Of a DNA stretch of 64,000 bases, positions 19,556 to 29,846 are shown in pieces; positions within the stretch are counted from its first letter, which is position 1, and every line of letters begins with the position of its first letter. This DNA comes from Candidatus Latescibacterota bacterium (GTDB lineage Bacteria; Latescibacterota; UBA2968; GCA-2709665), in contig OZ250150.1 in assembly GCA_965237675.1 (NCBI GenBank), forward strand, positions 4,064,001-4,128,000. Direction: 5' to 3'. Both the position numbers and the translations under genes were made by a program. Below the pieces are notes generated by a model. It was not told the origin of the DNA. It did no database searches and worked only from the letters and a program-made list of their open reading frames with translations.

Positions 19556-20335
19556 TCAATGGGCGCACTCCCCGTTGAAGATTTCCTCTTCGGTCATGGT
19601 CAGAAGCGCCGGTTCGTCATCGGTTACAGCCACGACGTGCTCAAAATGCGCCGAAGGCAATCCATCTCTGGCCGACGCGGTCCACCCGTCGCCGGCGAGC
19701 ACGACCTCGGGCCGGCCGAGGTTCACCATCGGCTCGATCGCAATTACGATTCCCCGCCGGAGCCGTGGATTCTTGTCCACCGGCACATAATTCGGCACTG
19801 CGGGGTCTTCATGCAGCCTGCGACCGATACCGTGCCCCACAAACTGGCGCACAACCGAAAAACCGTGTGACTCCACCCACTGCTGGATGGACCCGCATAT
19901 GTCCTCCAGCCGTCGGCCCTCCTGCGCCCCTTCGATGCCTTTGAACAGTGACTCCCTGGTTACCGTTATCAACCTCCTCACCGTGGGCGTCACTTCGCCT
20001 ATGGCAAATGAGATCGCCTGGTCGCCGTAATACCCCTTTAACCTGGCGCCTATGTCGATGCTGACAAGGTCGCCGTCACGCAGTTCCCGGTCTCCCGGGA
20101 TCCCATGGACGACCTGTTCGTTGACTGAAATACACGTAGCCGCAGGATACCCGTGGTATCCCTTAAAAGCCGGAGACGCGCCGTGGTCGCGAATCATTTC
20201 CTCGGCGACCCGGTCCAGCCTGGAAGTCGGGACTCCCGGTCTGACCCACTCCCGAAGGGCCCGATGTGCAAGCCCGACAATCCGACAGGCGTCCCGGATT
20301 CTCTCCAGTTCCCGTTCCGAGCGAAGCGCAATCAA
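19556..20335 (-). CDS. map: Methionine aminopeptidase type I
   Basis: CISVNEQVVHGIP, DIG..D, GHGIG..LHEDP, IEPM, SAHFEH. Confidence 0.97.
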   Translation of the reverse strand: MIALRSERELERIRDACRIVGLAHRALREWVRPGVPTSRLDRVAEEMIRDHGASPAFKGYHGYPAATCISVNEQVVHGIPGDRELRDGDLVSIDIGARLKGYYGDQAISFAIGEVTPTVRRLITVTRESLFKGIEGAQEGRRLEDICGSIQQWVESHGFSVVRQFVGHGIGRRLHEDPAVPNYVPVDKNPRLRRGIVIAIEPMVNLGRPEVVLAGDGWTASARDGLPSAHFEHVVAVTDDEPALLTMTEEEIFNGECAH

Positions 20336-20455
20336 TCGGTCACCTGTAACTGTTGTGGACGCCGTTCGTGGTCAAGGAATCTAATTTAACAAAAAGGTGT
20401 ATAAAAACAAACACTAAAGGGTTCCAATCCGGATCGGCTGGTTCCGGCGGGATCT

Positions 20456-22954
20456 TTACGGGAGGCCGAAATAAATCGCAAAGATCAGGAAATCCCGAAA
20501 GTCGACACGACCCATGCCGTCCAGATTGAATTTCGGGTTCTCCGTACCGAACGCCACGGCGAAGGCAACGAAATCGGCAAAATTGACGGCGCCGTCGTTG
20601 TTGAAGTCCCCCTTCAATGTCTTGCTAACCGTCCATAGCCACGCGACCGTCTTCGGCCCTGCCGATACGAGGACGGCAACCTCATCATCCGCTTCCGTCG
20701 TGGAAACCGAGTAGAGGAGAGACGGACCCTCCTCATCCACGGGAGCCGCGTTAACGGACCAGGCGTAACTCAGCGTATCGCCGTCCGGATCCAGGGCCTT
20801 CACCGAAAAGCGCATCGTATCCCCCGGCGCGCCAAATACCACTCCGCGAGACGGATCGGCCTCCCGAATCGCGGGCGGACGGTCGACGTTCGATACGCGG
20901 ATGCTTACCGTGATGCGTACCTGGTTTACGCCGTCGCTGACACTGAATTGTATCTCGTACGTCCGGTTGCCCTGATCGTAGCGAGGCGTCCAGGAAAAAC
21001 GGTTCTCATCGAACGTCGCGCCGGCCGGCAGGTTCGCCGCAGTAAAGAAAAGCTCGTCGCTATCCTTATCTTCCGCCTCTATAAAAATTCCCAGTGGCCG
21101 CCCTTCTTCTATCGTCGTATCCGTAATCGCGGAGACAATCGGCGGCAGGTTCCCCGTTTCGGTCTGACCGAAGACCACCCAGGCGAGTGAAGGCGTCGTG
21201 CCTGCCGCCTTTGCGGATACCTCCACAACACTCGTGCCCTCCCCCACCGCCACGATTTCGATCAAATCCGCCTGAGTTGTAAACGATGAGAGGTCGACAT
21301 GGCTAGGCACGGTGACCATCATATCGCCGTTTGTGCGTCTGACCGTCCAGGTCACCGCCGCGCCTTCAGCCCCGCCCGCGCGCACCCTCGCCCGGTCTGC
21401 AAATCCCGGGAGGCGCACAATGGGAACCCTGCTTTCGTTCACCGACAGCCTGAGCGGTAGGGTGTTCCCATCTGCCGACTCTATCGCCGAGATCGCAAAT
21501 TGATATTCAAACGCGCGCCCTTCCAGCGTATCTGAAATGGGTAGAAAAACAATCCTGTCGTAACGTCCCGCGTCGGGGATATCCAGCCTGGAACGGGCCG
21601 GGCTCAGCAGGCCAACTCCGTCGCTCTCGATCAGCAATGCCCAGAACTGCCAGCTTCCCTCCCCGCCCAGGGTGAAATCGGCTCTCAGGCCGCCCTGCAA
21701 TCCCTTCGTCACCACCTGAATGTAGTCCGAAGCCAGATGATCTACCGTACCGGACCCGGAAGCCTGGCCGCCCACCGTGGGTGCAACCGTTCTGACCGAC
21801 GCCGCGGGCTGATAGAAGGCGCCCTCTCCGTAAAACCCGTCTCGATACCGGTTTCCCGTGAAATAGTTCCAGGTGGCGTAACCCGCAAGCGTCCCGGAAA
21901 AACCGCCGGTTGGCATTGCCACGTTCAGGCTGTTGATTTGGTACTTTTCCGAATTCCGCTCGCCGAGTCCCTCCCAGCTGTCTCGAATGGTTTTCGGGCC
22001 GTAGACCTGATCCAGGAAGTGCGCATACAGTGACGCTCCATACTGATGACCGTCTTGCAGAGTGGGCTGCGAATCGAGGGAAGCCGTGGGGGAACCCAGA
22101 ACGAACTGGGTATATTGAAAATAGTCGTTCACATCGTCGTAAGCCACATCTTCCATCCAGGTTGCCGTGGCTTCGTGCCACCAAGTCAAATACCGTGCAT
22201 TGTAAGCGAATTGTATGGCATGGAAGAACTCGTGCGCGACGGTTACGTGCAGCCCATCCAACCCGCGGGTCGCGTAGATTCGATCTGTGTAGTTGTTGTC
22301 GACCGTTAAATAGGCGGCCGTCACCGGGTCCCCGAGACTGTTGGGCCAGGTCTGCCCGTACACACCCCTCGTGCCCAGTTGCTGGATGTAGACATCGAAC
22401 AGCCCGTCGCCGTCGTCCAGCGGAACCCGGTACCCGAGGTCGCCGATCTGAAGCGCCCAGGCGGCATCGAACGTCTTCGCCACCTCCTCTACATAGTCTG
22501 GAACTCGATTCCGGTCGGCGTCGGTCAGCGCCACGGCATGCGGTCCACTCGTGTCGTAGTGGACGCGGAAATACCCACCGGGAGAGACGATGCTGTCCTG
22601 CATGGCGGGTCTTTGGAGCAGAATCGCAAACGTTCGCTGCGTATTCTCGCTCAACATGGGCCACTGGGTGGCCAGAGCCATAATTACGGGTGTTCCGCAA
22701 ACCGCGCGGTCGTGGAGATAGGGACTGTCCGCGGGTAGTAGATCAGGCCTGAAAATCGCAGCCGCCCGGTTGAAGAGTTCAGCCTCCAGTTCCGGCGGCA
22801 TTGGAGACAGATCGGGCGGCGCCTTGGCGTATACCACGACTCCGCCCATGAGGTATGAGAGTATGAAGACACGAATTGGCCAGGTCATTATGAAATACCC
22901 GGCGGCGCACCGACACGGGCCGGCCCAGCGATGGCGTTGTAACGGCGAAATCAC
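20456..22954 (-). CDS. Secreted zinc metalloprotease (MXAN_6640-like) with Ig/cadherin-like domains and a C-terminal dockerin/EF-hand-like pair
   Basis: AHEFFHAIQ..WWHEATATW gluzincin motif; DxDxD Ig-type repeats; GDFNNDGAVNFADF / NLDGMGRVDFRDF tail; start 22954 (GTG) or 22888. Confidence 0.8.
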   Translation of the reverse strand: MISPLQRHRWAGPCRCAAGYFIMTWPIRVFILSYLMGGVVVYAKAPPDLSPMPPELEAELFNRAAAIFRPDLLPADSPYLHDRAVCGTPVIMALATQWPMLSENTQRTFAILLQRPAMQDSIVSPGGYFRVHYDTSGPHAVALTDADRNRVPDYVEEVAKTFDAAWALQIGDLGYRVPLDDGDGLFDVYIQQLGTRGVYGQTWPNSLGDPVTAAYLTVDNNYTDRIYATRGLDGLHVTVAHEFFHAIQFAYNARYLTWWHEATATWMEDVAYDDVNDYFQYTQFVLGSPTASLDSQPTLQDGHQYGASLYAHFLDQVYGPKTIRDSWEGLGERNSEKYQINSLNVAMPTGGFSGTLAGYATWNYFTGNRYRDGFYGEGAFYQPAASVRTVAPTVGGQASGSGTVDHLASDYIQVVTKGLQGGLRADFTLGGEGSWQFWALLIESDGVGLLSPARSRLDIPDAGRYDRIVFLPISDTLEGRAFEYQFAISAIESADGNTLPLRLSVNESRVPIVRLPGFADRARVRAGGAEGAAVTWTVRRTNGDMMVTVPSHVDLSSFTTQADLIEIVAVGEGTSVVEVSAKAAGTTPSLAWVVFGQTETGNLPPIVSAITDTTIEEGRPLGIFIEAEDKDSDELFFTAANLPAGATFDENRFSWTPRYDQGNRTYEIQFSVSDGVNQVRITVSIRVSNVDRPPAIREADPSRGVVFGAPGDTMRFSVKALDPDGDTLSYAWSVNAAPVDEEGPSLLYSVSTTEADDEVAVLVSAGPKTVAWLWTVSKTLKGDFNNDGAVNFADFVAFAVAFGTENPKFNLDGMGRVDFRDFLIFAIYFGLP

Positions 22955-23628
22955 TTATCTCGTTCCGTGACGGCGACAAAGATACTGTCTGCCACGTTTA
23001 CGCCCACCACGTGTTGTGTGTTGCCTTCCATCGCAATGGTCAGTGGGCCGTTAAACGGCGCCTTCTCCTGAACAACCAATGTCACGCCTGGCCGTAATCC
23101 CAACGCGCCCAAATACCTGAGCATCTCCGGGCTCTGGTCGTTCACCTGAGTGATCAACACCGTTTGACCGGGTTTCACCTGGGTAAGCGGCACATAGTCC
23201 GTATTTTCTATATTTCCATCCTTTGTCGGAATCGGCGCACCGTGGGGGTCGGTGGTGGGATGCCCGAGCACCCGGTCGATCTTGTCCTCGAATTCTTCCG
23301 AAATCACGTGTTCGAGCCTGTCTGCCTCCGCGTCGACTTCATCCCAGTCGTAGCCCAATGCGTCGGCGAGGTAGAGTTCCAACAGTCGGTGGTGCCTTAA
23401 GACCTCCAGGGCAACGGCTTCTCCCGCCGGCGTGAGTTCGACACCCTGATAGGGCGTGTGCTGAACCAGCTTCATTTCGGCAAGTTTCTTGATCATATTT
23501 GTGGCGGAAGCCGCCGCCACCTCCATCCGTTCCGCAACCAGCGATGTATTCACGGTTGCCCGGGGCTCATGCCCGTGCTGCAGCTTGTAGATGGACTTCA
23601 GATAGTCCTGTGCGGCCTGACTAAGCAT
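22951..23628 (-). CDS. DtxR/MntR family metal-dependent repressor with C-terminal FeoA/SH3 domain
   Basis: QDYLKSIY, wHTH, RHHRLLELYL, EADRLEH, DPHGAPIP; GAAAGGA RBS. Confidence 0.93.
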   Translation of the reverse strand: MLSQAAQDYLKSIYKLQHGHEPRATVNTSLVAERMEVAAASATNMIKKLAEMKLVQHTPYQGVELTPAGEAVALEVLRHHRLLELYLADALGYDWDEVDAEADRLEHVISEEFEDKIDRVLGHPTTDPHGAPIPTKDGNIENTDYVPLTQVKPGQTVLITQVNDQSPEMLRYLGALGLRPGVTLVVQEKAPFNGPLTIAMEGNTQHVVGVNVADSIFVAVTERDK

Positions 23629-23742
23629 GTGTTTCCTTTCGCTGGCGACGTTACATAGACACAGCGGACCGTGCGGCGACACCGGGAACAACATCTGAGA
23701 ACCGCGTTTGCCCGGGAATATCAACCGTGGACCGAACTCACA

Positions 23743-25179
23743 TCACCCGGATACCAACCGCCAAATCTGGGCAATGAGAAAGCAAAGCACGAAACCCATT
23801 ACGACCGGAAGAAGGGATGAAACCGACGTCCATTTCGCGCTTCTTGTTTCCTTCCAGATCGTATAAATCGTGGTCGAACATGGGTTATGTACCAGGCTGA
23901 ACAGCATCAAATTGACCGCGGTGAGCAGATTCCAGCCGCCGGACGCGAAGATCTGGGCTACCGCCGCATCTGAATCCAGTTCAAACATTACGCCGGCGCC
24001 TTCACCCTGCCCGGTCAATCCGGCGCTCAATACCGTCAACATTAAAATGGTGGGAATCACGATTTCGTTCGCCGGGATTGCAATTATGTAGGCAAGCAGA
24101 ATCACGCCGTTCAGTCCGACAAGCAGACCAAAAGGCTGGCTCCAGTCAATAAAATGCTCCGCCAGGCTGAGCCGGCCAATCAGGATATTGGTACTCAGCC
24201 AGATCACCGCGCCAGCGGGAATCGCAAAGATCACGGCGCGCCAGAGCACGATTAGCGTTCTGTCGATGATGGATGTATAAATGGTCTGTAACACGCGGGG
24301 CGGCCGATACGGCGGCAGTTCCAGGCTGAACGCGGATGCTTCTCCACGCAGAACCGTACGAGAAAGTCCCCACGAGACAACAAAAGAGAGCAGTATGCCA
24401 AGAACCGCGACACCCACGACTGCTCCGGCCGAAACCAGTCCCGCCAAATGCGCAGGCGCCAGACCTCCGATAAATATCGTGGCCACCAGTATCTGTGTGG
24501 GCCACCGTCCGTTGCAAAGAGCGAAGTTATTGGTAATAATTGCAATCAGGCGTTCTCGCGGACTATCGATGACCCGGGTGGATACAATTGCCGCCGCATT
24601 GCATCCGAACCCCATGCTCATTGTCAACGCCTGTTTTCCATGGGCCCCCGCCTTCTTGAACCACTGGTCCAAATTGAATGCCACCCTGGGTAGATAGCCG
24701 AAATCCTCAAGCAGTGAAAACAACGGAAAGAAAATCGCCATGGGCGGCAACATCACACTGACCACCCATGCCATCGCCAGGTACATACCGTCTATCAGAA
24801 GCCCGTCGAGCCACCACGGCATTCCAATTACCGCGGCCATCGATTTCAACATCGGGTGAACAGTATCTGTCAGCAGGCCCGCCAGCATCGCAGAAGGCAC
24901 ATTGGCGCCCTCAATGGTAAGCCAGAACACCAGTGTCAGGATCGCCAACATGATGGGGAAACCCAGCCAGCGGCTGGTTACGAGGCGGTCGATCGTACGG
25001 TCCAGATCGAACCGGGCCGCGTCCCCGGTCCGGGTGACGGCACGGTCGGAAATCTGGGACGCGTTGGCATAGATCGTTTCCATTAACGAATCGTGGAAAT
25101 TGGACCCCACTTCCCATCGCAGTTTTGCGGCCAATCGAATCAACTCCTCGGGGCGCTGATTTGCCGTGGGGTCGTTCAT
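23743..25179 (-). CDS. feoB: FeoB membrane (Gate/nucleoside-recognition) half of a split FeoB
   Basis: [30 protein letters not shown]; own GAGGAGG RBS and ATGA overlap. Confidence 0.9.
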   Translation of the reverse strand: MNDPTANQRPEELIRLAAKLRWEVGSNFHDSLMETIYANASQISDRAVTRTGDAARFDLDRTIDRLVTSRWLGFPIMLAILTLVFWLTIEGANVPSAMLAGLLTDTVHPMLKSMAAVIGMPWWLDGLLIDGMYLAMAWVVSVMLPPMAIFFPLFSLLEDFGYLPRVAFNLDQWFKKAGAHGKQALTMSMGFGCNAAAIVSTRVIDSPRERLIAIITNNFALCNGRWPTQILVATIFIGGLAPAHLAGLVSAGAVVGVAVLGILLSFVVSWGLSRTVLRGEASAFSLELPPYRPPRVLQTIYTSIIDRTLIVLWRAVIFAIPAGAVIWLSTNILIGRLSLAEHFIDWSQPFGLLVGLNGVILLAYIIAIPANEIVIPTILMLTVLSAGLTGQGEGAGVMFELDSDAAVAQIFASGGWNLLTAVNLMLFSLVHNPCSTTIYTIWKETRSAKWTSVSSLLPVVMGFVLCFLIAQIWRLVSG

Positions 25180-25985
25180 GCCATCACCTCCTCTTCCTGC
25201 CCAGGGATTCGGTTCAGATCCCCCAGTTCTCCCGAACACACCGCCTCTACAATCCGCGTGTCGCCTTCGAGCAGCCGAAGCGCCACCCACCGGGCATTCG
25301 GAACGTTGGGAAATGCTGCCTTCAGCTGCGCCACGAGCTTGCCAACGGCCTGCTTCAACGCCGGCGGCTCGTTGCGGATGCGCTGCGGCCTGCAGACCGT
25401 CAGGCCGGTAGCCACATCACTCAGAACCCGCGTCAACTCCGGAATGCCCTCCCCGCGGCGGGCCGCCGCAGGTACCACGGGAACGCCAAGATCTCGTGCC
25501 AGTCGTCGTTCGTCCACCGACAGCCCATGACGTTTGGCCTCATCCATTAAATTCAGACACACCACCGCCCTGTCCGTAATTTCCAGTACCTGCAGGACGA
25601 GGTTCAGATTCCGCTCCAGACGCGCCGCGTCCACTACGACCACCGTGACATCCGGCCGGCCGAACAGGATAAAATCCCTCGCCACCTCTTCGTCCGGACT
25701 GGTGGACAACAGAGAATACGTTCCAGGAAGATCCACGAGCTTATACCGATAGCTCTCGTAAGCGAAACCGCCTTCCGCGCGCACCACCGTCTTGCCGGGC
25801 CAGTTGCCGGTATGCTGCCTCAATCCCGTCAGGGCGTTGAATACCGTACTCTTCCCTGTATTCGGATTTCCGGCCAGAGCCACCACAAAATCCCAGTTCG
25901 CCATATTCACGCCGAGTTTGATCAGGTTGCCCGAATGGTGGGCCGGGCAAGCGTCGCAACCTGCGGTAGACTTATGTGTTTCCAT
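25176..25985 (-). CDS. feoB: FeoB GTPase half of a split FeoB, N-terminal CxxC-xx-HH
   Basis: G1 [24 protein letters not shown]; GGAGGT RBS. Confidence 0.9.
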   Translation of the reverse strand: METHKSTAGCDACPAHHSGNLIKLGVNMANWDFVVALAGNPNTGKSTVFNALTGLRQHTGNWPGKTVVRAEGGFAYESYRYKLVDLPGTYSLLSTSPDEEVARDFILFGRPDVTVVVVDAARLERNLNLVLQVLEITDRAVVCLNLMDEAKRHGLSVDERRLARDLGVPVVPAAARRGEGIPELTRVLSDVATGLTVCRPQRIRNEPPALKQAVGKLVAQLKAAFPNVPNARWVALRLLEGDTRIVEAVCSGELGDLNRIPGQEEEVMA

Positions 25986-26035
25986 ACTCACTACCTCCAT
26001 TTCTGCTATGTTCGGGAACAGAATGTGACAGCACC

Positions 26036-27061
26036 TCACTCTCCGAACTGGACTTGAATCTGAATCTGACCAGCCTGTTCCCTTCGAAGCGCGATGGTGG
26101 AGCCCCGTATGCGATATGCGGTGGGATCTCCGGTAGGGCTACGCATCTCCACCTCGATCAGGGTGCCCGGAAGGATACCCAGATCCATCAGCCGGCGCCG
26201 TTCCAACCCACGGCAGGATCTGGAGAGTTGCACGACCCGTCCGATTTCGCCCGGTTTTAGGCCGGACAGCAGGTCGTTGGACGCTTCGGCCTCCGGTCCA
26301 TCCGAAACCGCCGCGACTGAAATGTGGTCTGCCAGCAACGGAGCCAGTACATGTTCCTCACCATCGGCCCAGAAGCGAACCCGCTGGGGCAGGACCTCGA
26401 CTAGCTCGATCCGCATCCCCACGTGCAGACCTTCCGCCGCCAACTGCGCATAAACCGGTTCCGGCTCGTCTTCAATATGCACGATCACAGCGGCTCCTCC
26501 AACAGGGTGTTCGGTCAGATGCGTTCCCCGGTTGGGCGCTATTTCTCCGGCTTTGGTGGGAATCGGATCCCCATGCGGGTCGTAAACGGGATACTCCATC
26601 TGACGGTCCAGCAGTTCCACCTCCTCGGAAGACATATCGTGCTCACGCCGTTCCGCCTCGCTGTGCCACTCCGCCTCCGCCACCCCCGTCTCTTCGGCCA
26701 GATAGTGCTCCCAAAGCCGGTGAAATCGAAGAATGCGAAGCGCATAATCCCGTCCCTGCGTCGTGAGTCTCACGCTGCCCCCGTCGGAAGCGGTCAGTCC
26801 CCCGGCTCCCGCACGTACCAGCAAGTCTGAAGCGCGGCTGCGAGGAATGCCCAGGGCCCCCGACAGACTTTCCACGGTTGCTACCTGGTGCTGATATTCG
26901 CAATTATAGATATGCTTAAGCATATCTTCGGTCAGCACGCGCGCGGTCAGTCGTGGGGTTTGCCGCCAACGCCAGAAATAACCCGCTACCGGACGGAACA
27001 GTATCCACGCAAATACGAGAAGGATCCCAGCCGCGAGCAACGCCTGAAGGGGTTCGATCAT
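26036..27061 (-). CDS. Membrane-anchored DtxR-family / FeoA / FeoA fusion protein
   Basis: N-terminal hydrophobic helix, EDMLKHIY, HRLWEHYL, EAERREH, DPHGDPIP, two FeoA domains (last: RRRLMDLGILPG..SPTGDPTAYRIRG). Confidence 0.85.
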   Translation of the reverse strand: MIEPLQALLAAGILLVFAWILFRPVAGYFWRWRQTPRLTARVLTEDMLKHIYNCEYQHQVATVESLSGALGIPRSRASDLLVRAGAGGLTASDGGSVRLTTQGRDYALRILRFHRLWEHYLAEETGVAEAEWHSEAERREHDMSSEEVELLDRQMEYPVYDPHGDPIPTKAGEIAPNRGTHLTEHPVGGAAVIVHIEDEPEPVYAQLAAEGLHVGMRIELVEVLPQRVRFWADGEEHVLAPLLADHISVAAVSDGPEAEASNDLLSGLKPGEIGRVVQLSRSCRGLERRRLMDLGILPGTLIEVEMRSPTGDPTAYRIRGSTIALRREQAGQIQIQVQFGE

Positions 27062-27105
27062 TCGATCTTCCTGCACTTAGGGTTAGTTTTTTGAGAATAA
27101 AAAAT

Positions 27106-27150
27106 AAATTAGTCACGCCTAAATATATACAAACGGATCGCCATTGTCAA
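27106..27150 (-). promoter_or_regulatory. Sigma-70 promoter of the split-Feo operon overlapped by a DtxR/MntR-type box
   Basis: TTGACA-17-TATATT on minus strand; AAATTAG-tcacgc-CTAAAT palindrome at 27106-27124. Confidence 0.72.
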
Positions 27151-27206
27151 GAAACAACGTATCTGGCAGAGCCCCGGAAATGCCTTGACATTATACGCCA
27201 AAATTT

Positions 27207-27232
27207 AATATTTGAACATGTCTTCAACGTTT
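27207..27232. promoter_or_regulatory. SmtB/ArsR-type 12-2-12 operator
   Basis: AATATTTGAACA-TG-TCTTCAACGTTT downstream of TTGACA (27185-27190) and upstream of the ArsR gene. Confidence 0.7.
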
Positions 27233-27301
27233 GATCCAGTCGGTGTGACCCTGAATAAAGCAGCGGAAACCCGCCCATGGGACGTACACCAGGAGGCATC
27301 C

Positions 27302-27670
27302 ATGGATCCAACTAATGTCCGTCGTGCGGCGCAAGGTATGCCAGGCCAGCCGATCTTGGACAGCCTTTCCGAAACCTTCAAGGTCCTTGGCAACCCCAAC
27401 CGGCTAAGAATAGTCCACGCTCTGTCGGTGGCCGAACTCTGCGTTAGCGACCTGGCCACTCTGCTGGGCAGCACGGATTCGGCCGTAAGCCACCAACTGA
27501 GGGTTATGCGTTCCATGCGCCTCGTCAAGTGCAGGAAAGCCGGAAGACACGCATATTATTCACTGGATGATCCGCAGGTACATCGACTTTTCACGGCCGG
27601 ACTGGAACACCAAAAAAATAGCGCCGGACATACAGCGCCCCGGCGACCTTCTCCGGTCACATGGTCATGA
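27302..27670 (+). CDS. ArsR/SmtB family metalloregulator
   Basis: FKVLGNPNRLRI, ELCVSDL, SAVSHQLR, YYSLDD; AGGAGG RBS. Confidence 0.92.
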   Translation: MDPTNVRRAAQGMPGQPILDSLSETFKVLGNPNRLRIVHALSVAELCVSDLATLLGSTDSAVSHQLRVMRSMRLVKCRKAGRHAYYSLDDPQVHRLFTAGLEHQKNSAGHTAPRRPSPVTWS

Positions 27671-27878
27671 ATTAACGAGCACGCCTGAATTCCGCCGTGC
27701 CGGCCGCGGGCGATGTATTGTCAGCCCGCCGAAGACGGTGGCGCCCCCCGGCGTCATCGAACAGGATACGCGGATCACCACAGGTCCTGGCATCGTTCCA
27801 TCCGCAAACGTTCCACGTCCTCAGAAAACGACCGAGGTGTACGTTCCGTCTATCTATTTCAGAATCCGATGACGCCTT

Positions 27879-28361
27879 CTACCCTTCCCCATCTACCGAT
27901 TCCTTCTCGTATTCCCGTTCGCCGAAGAACCGCAGCACCTTCATGAACCTATCGGGTGGCTGGAATCCCGGCAGCTTGTAAAGCAGCGTTCCATCCGGTT
28001 CCAGGAACAAAACCGTGGGAAACGCGCTTACGTTATAGACCCGCGCCAGTTCCGCGTAGCTCAGATCGTGACCGATAAACGTCAAACGCGAACCGGAATC
28101 TTCGGCATCCAGCTTGATGGGTATGAATTTCGATGCCAGGTAGTTGCGGATTTCCTGTCTTGAAAACACCTGCCGATCCTGCCTTTCGCACCATCCGCAC
28201 CAAGTGGTATAAACGCCGATCAACATCAGCTTCTCTCCACCCGCCGCCTTCCGGAACCCATCTCTGGCATTGTACCACTTGAATGAATCCGCCTGTTTCG
28301 CCACCGCGAGTCCGGCAAACAGGAACAGACCCCAAAGAGTCAATTGACCGATTCGAATCAT
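27879..28361 (-). CDS. Exported thioredoxin-fold protein (SoxW/DUF255-like)
   Basis: Signal peptide, WCGWC, FPTVLFL cis-Pro loop. Confidence 0.85.
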   Translation of the reverse strand: MIRIGQLTLWGLFLFAGLAVAKQADSFKWYNARDGFRKAAGGEKLMLIGVYTTWCGWCERQDRQVFSRQEIRNYLASKFIPIKLDAEDSGSRLTFIGHDLSYAELARVYNVSAFPTVLFLEPDGTLLYKLPGFQPPDRFMKVLRFFGEREYEKESVDGEG

Positions 28362-28739
28362 ACTGCAACCTCCCGTGGGCGTACCATAGCGGGCTCGCCA
28401 GAGTCCTCTCCAGCGAAATCGGCGTCCGGCTTCCTCGAACTCTTGAATACCCATCAACTTACGTCATTCGGTTTTTCCGGGCAACCTCGAATTCTTCCGG
28501 CACAACCAACTCGCAAGAACAAAAATACGTTGCGTATACCCCACAATGGGTAGATATTGCGATGAAATTTCCCGTCCGCTTCACACGGGAGACGGCAAGG
28601 TACATTCCGCGGTTGTCCGGGATCACCGGATAGCGATTCCCCCGATCCGTACGGAAGTAGGTGAACGCGGCGTACACCTGAAGCCCGAAGTGAAAATCCT
28701 CACGAGGCAATTATGCCAAATTCACCCGAGGTAACCCCT

Positions 28740-29846
28740 ATGAAACGGATCAAGTCCGGCATCTTCATCATGCCGTTTCACCCGCCGGGCAAAACGCTCA
28801 GCCAGTGCCATGATGAAGACATGGAACTTGTGATTCGCGCCGACGAAATGGGTATCGATGAATTCTGGATCGGCGAGCATCACACCATGGTCTACGAGAA
28901 CATAGCGATGCCCGAGATATTCATTGGGGCGGCATTGCGCGAGACAAGAGATATCCGGCTGGGCCCCGCACCCGTGTGTCTGCAACAACACCACCCGGCG
29001 CTTGTCGCAAGCCGTCTGTCGTTCCTGGATCATCTATCCAAAGGTCGGCTCAACCTCTGCTTCGGTCCCGGGAGTGTACCGACCGACATGGAAATCCTCG
29101 GTGTCGACCCGCAGGACAGCGGAGCGATGGTCGCCGAGTCGATCGAGATGATTCTGACACTGTGGAAGACTGACCCCCCTTACGATATCAAGGGCCGTTT
29201 CTGGCAGATCCGGATGGACCGCACCATCGATCCGGAGGTCGGCCTGGGGGTCATCCACAAGCCCTACCAATGTCCACATCCGCCCATCTCGATGCCGATC
29301 ACCTCGATGAACTCGGGAACGGCCCGGGTGGCGGGCCGGCGCGGCTTCCAACCCTTCGGCCATAGCCTGATTCCGTCGAACGTCCTGGCGAACATATGGA
29401 CAACGTACGAACAGGCTGCGATGGCGGCGGGTCTCCTGCCCGACCGGTCAGACTACAAGATCGCACGGGCCATCTTCCTGGCTGACACCACCGAAGAGGC
29501 GGTCAGGCGTGCAAGATCAAACACGGTCGCGGCCAATTTCGAATATATCGGTACCCTGCTCAAGCGCGGGGGCCGGGGCATCGGCATGTTTAAACGGGAC
29601 GCGGACATGCTCGACGCGGATTGCAATCTGGATTACCTGATGGGTGAGCAGATCATCGCCGGAGACGTAGACACGGTGCTCGAACGTCTCGAGAATTTGC
29701 GGACGGAAGTCGGAGACTTCGGCACGCTAGTCATGATGTCTTACGATTGGGACCACAAGGAAAGTTGGTTGCGCAGCCTCGAACTCTTCACGACAGAATT
29801 GATGCCGGCGCTGAATCGGGTGCCACCCACAGAGCATGTGGCTTGA
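28740..29846 (+). CDS. Luciferase-like (LLM class) flavin-dependent monooxygenase
   Basis: WIGEHH, LDHLSKGRLNLCFGPG, KPYQ.PHPPI. Confidence 0.9.
   Translation: MKRIKSGIFIMPFHPPGKTLSQCHDEDMELVIRADEMGIDEFWIGEHHTMVYENIAMPEIFIGAALRETRDIRLGPAPVCLQQHHPALVASRLSFLDHLSKGRLNLCFGPGSVPTDMEILGVDPQDSGAMVAESIEMILTLWKTDPPYDIKGRFWQIRMDRTIDPEVGLGVIHKPYQCPHPPISMPITSMNSGTARVAGRRGFQPFGHSLIPSNVLANIWTTYEQAAMAAGLLPDRSDYKIARAIFLADTTEEAVRRARSNTVAANFEYIGTLLKRGGRGIGMFKRDADMLDADCNLDYLMGEQIIAGDVDTVLERLENLRTEVGDFGTLVMMSYDWDHKESWLRSLELFTTELMPALNRVPPTEHVA

Noticed and set aside
25170-25200. feoB frameshift or pseudogene
   Set aside because: ATGA stop/start overlap and a strong internal RBS indicate a deliberate two-gene arrangement
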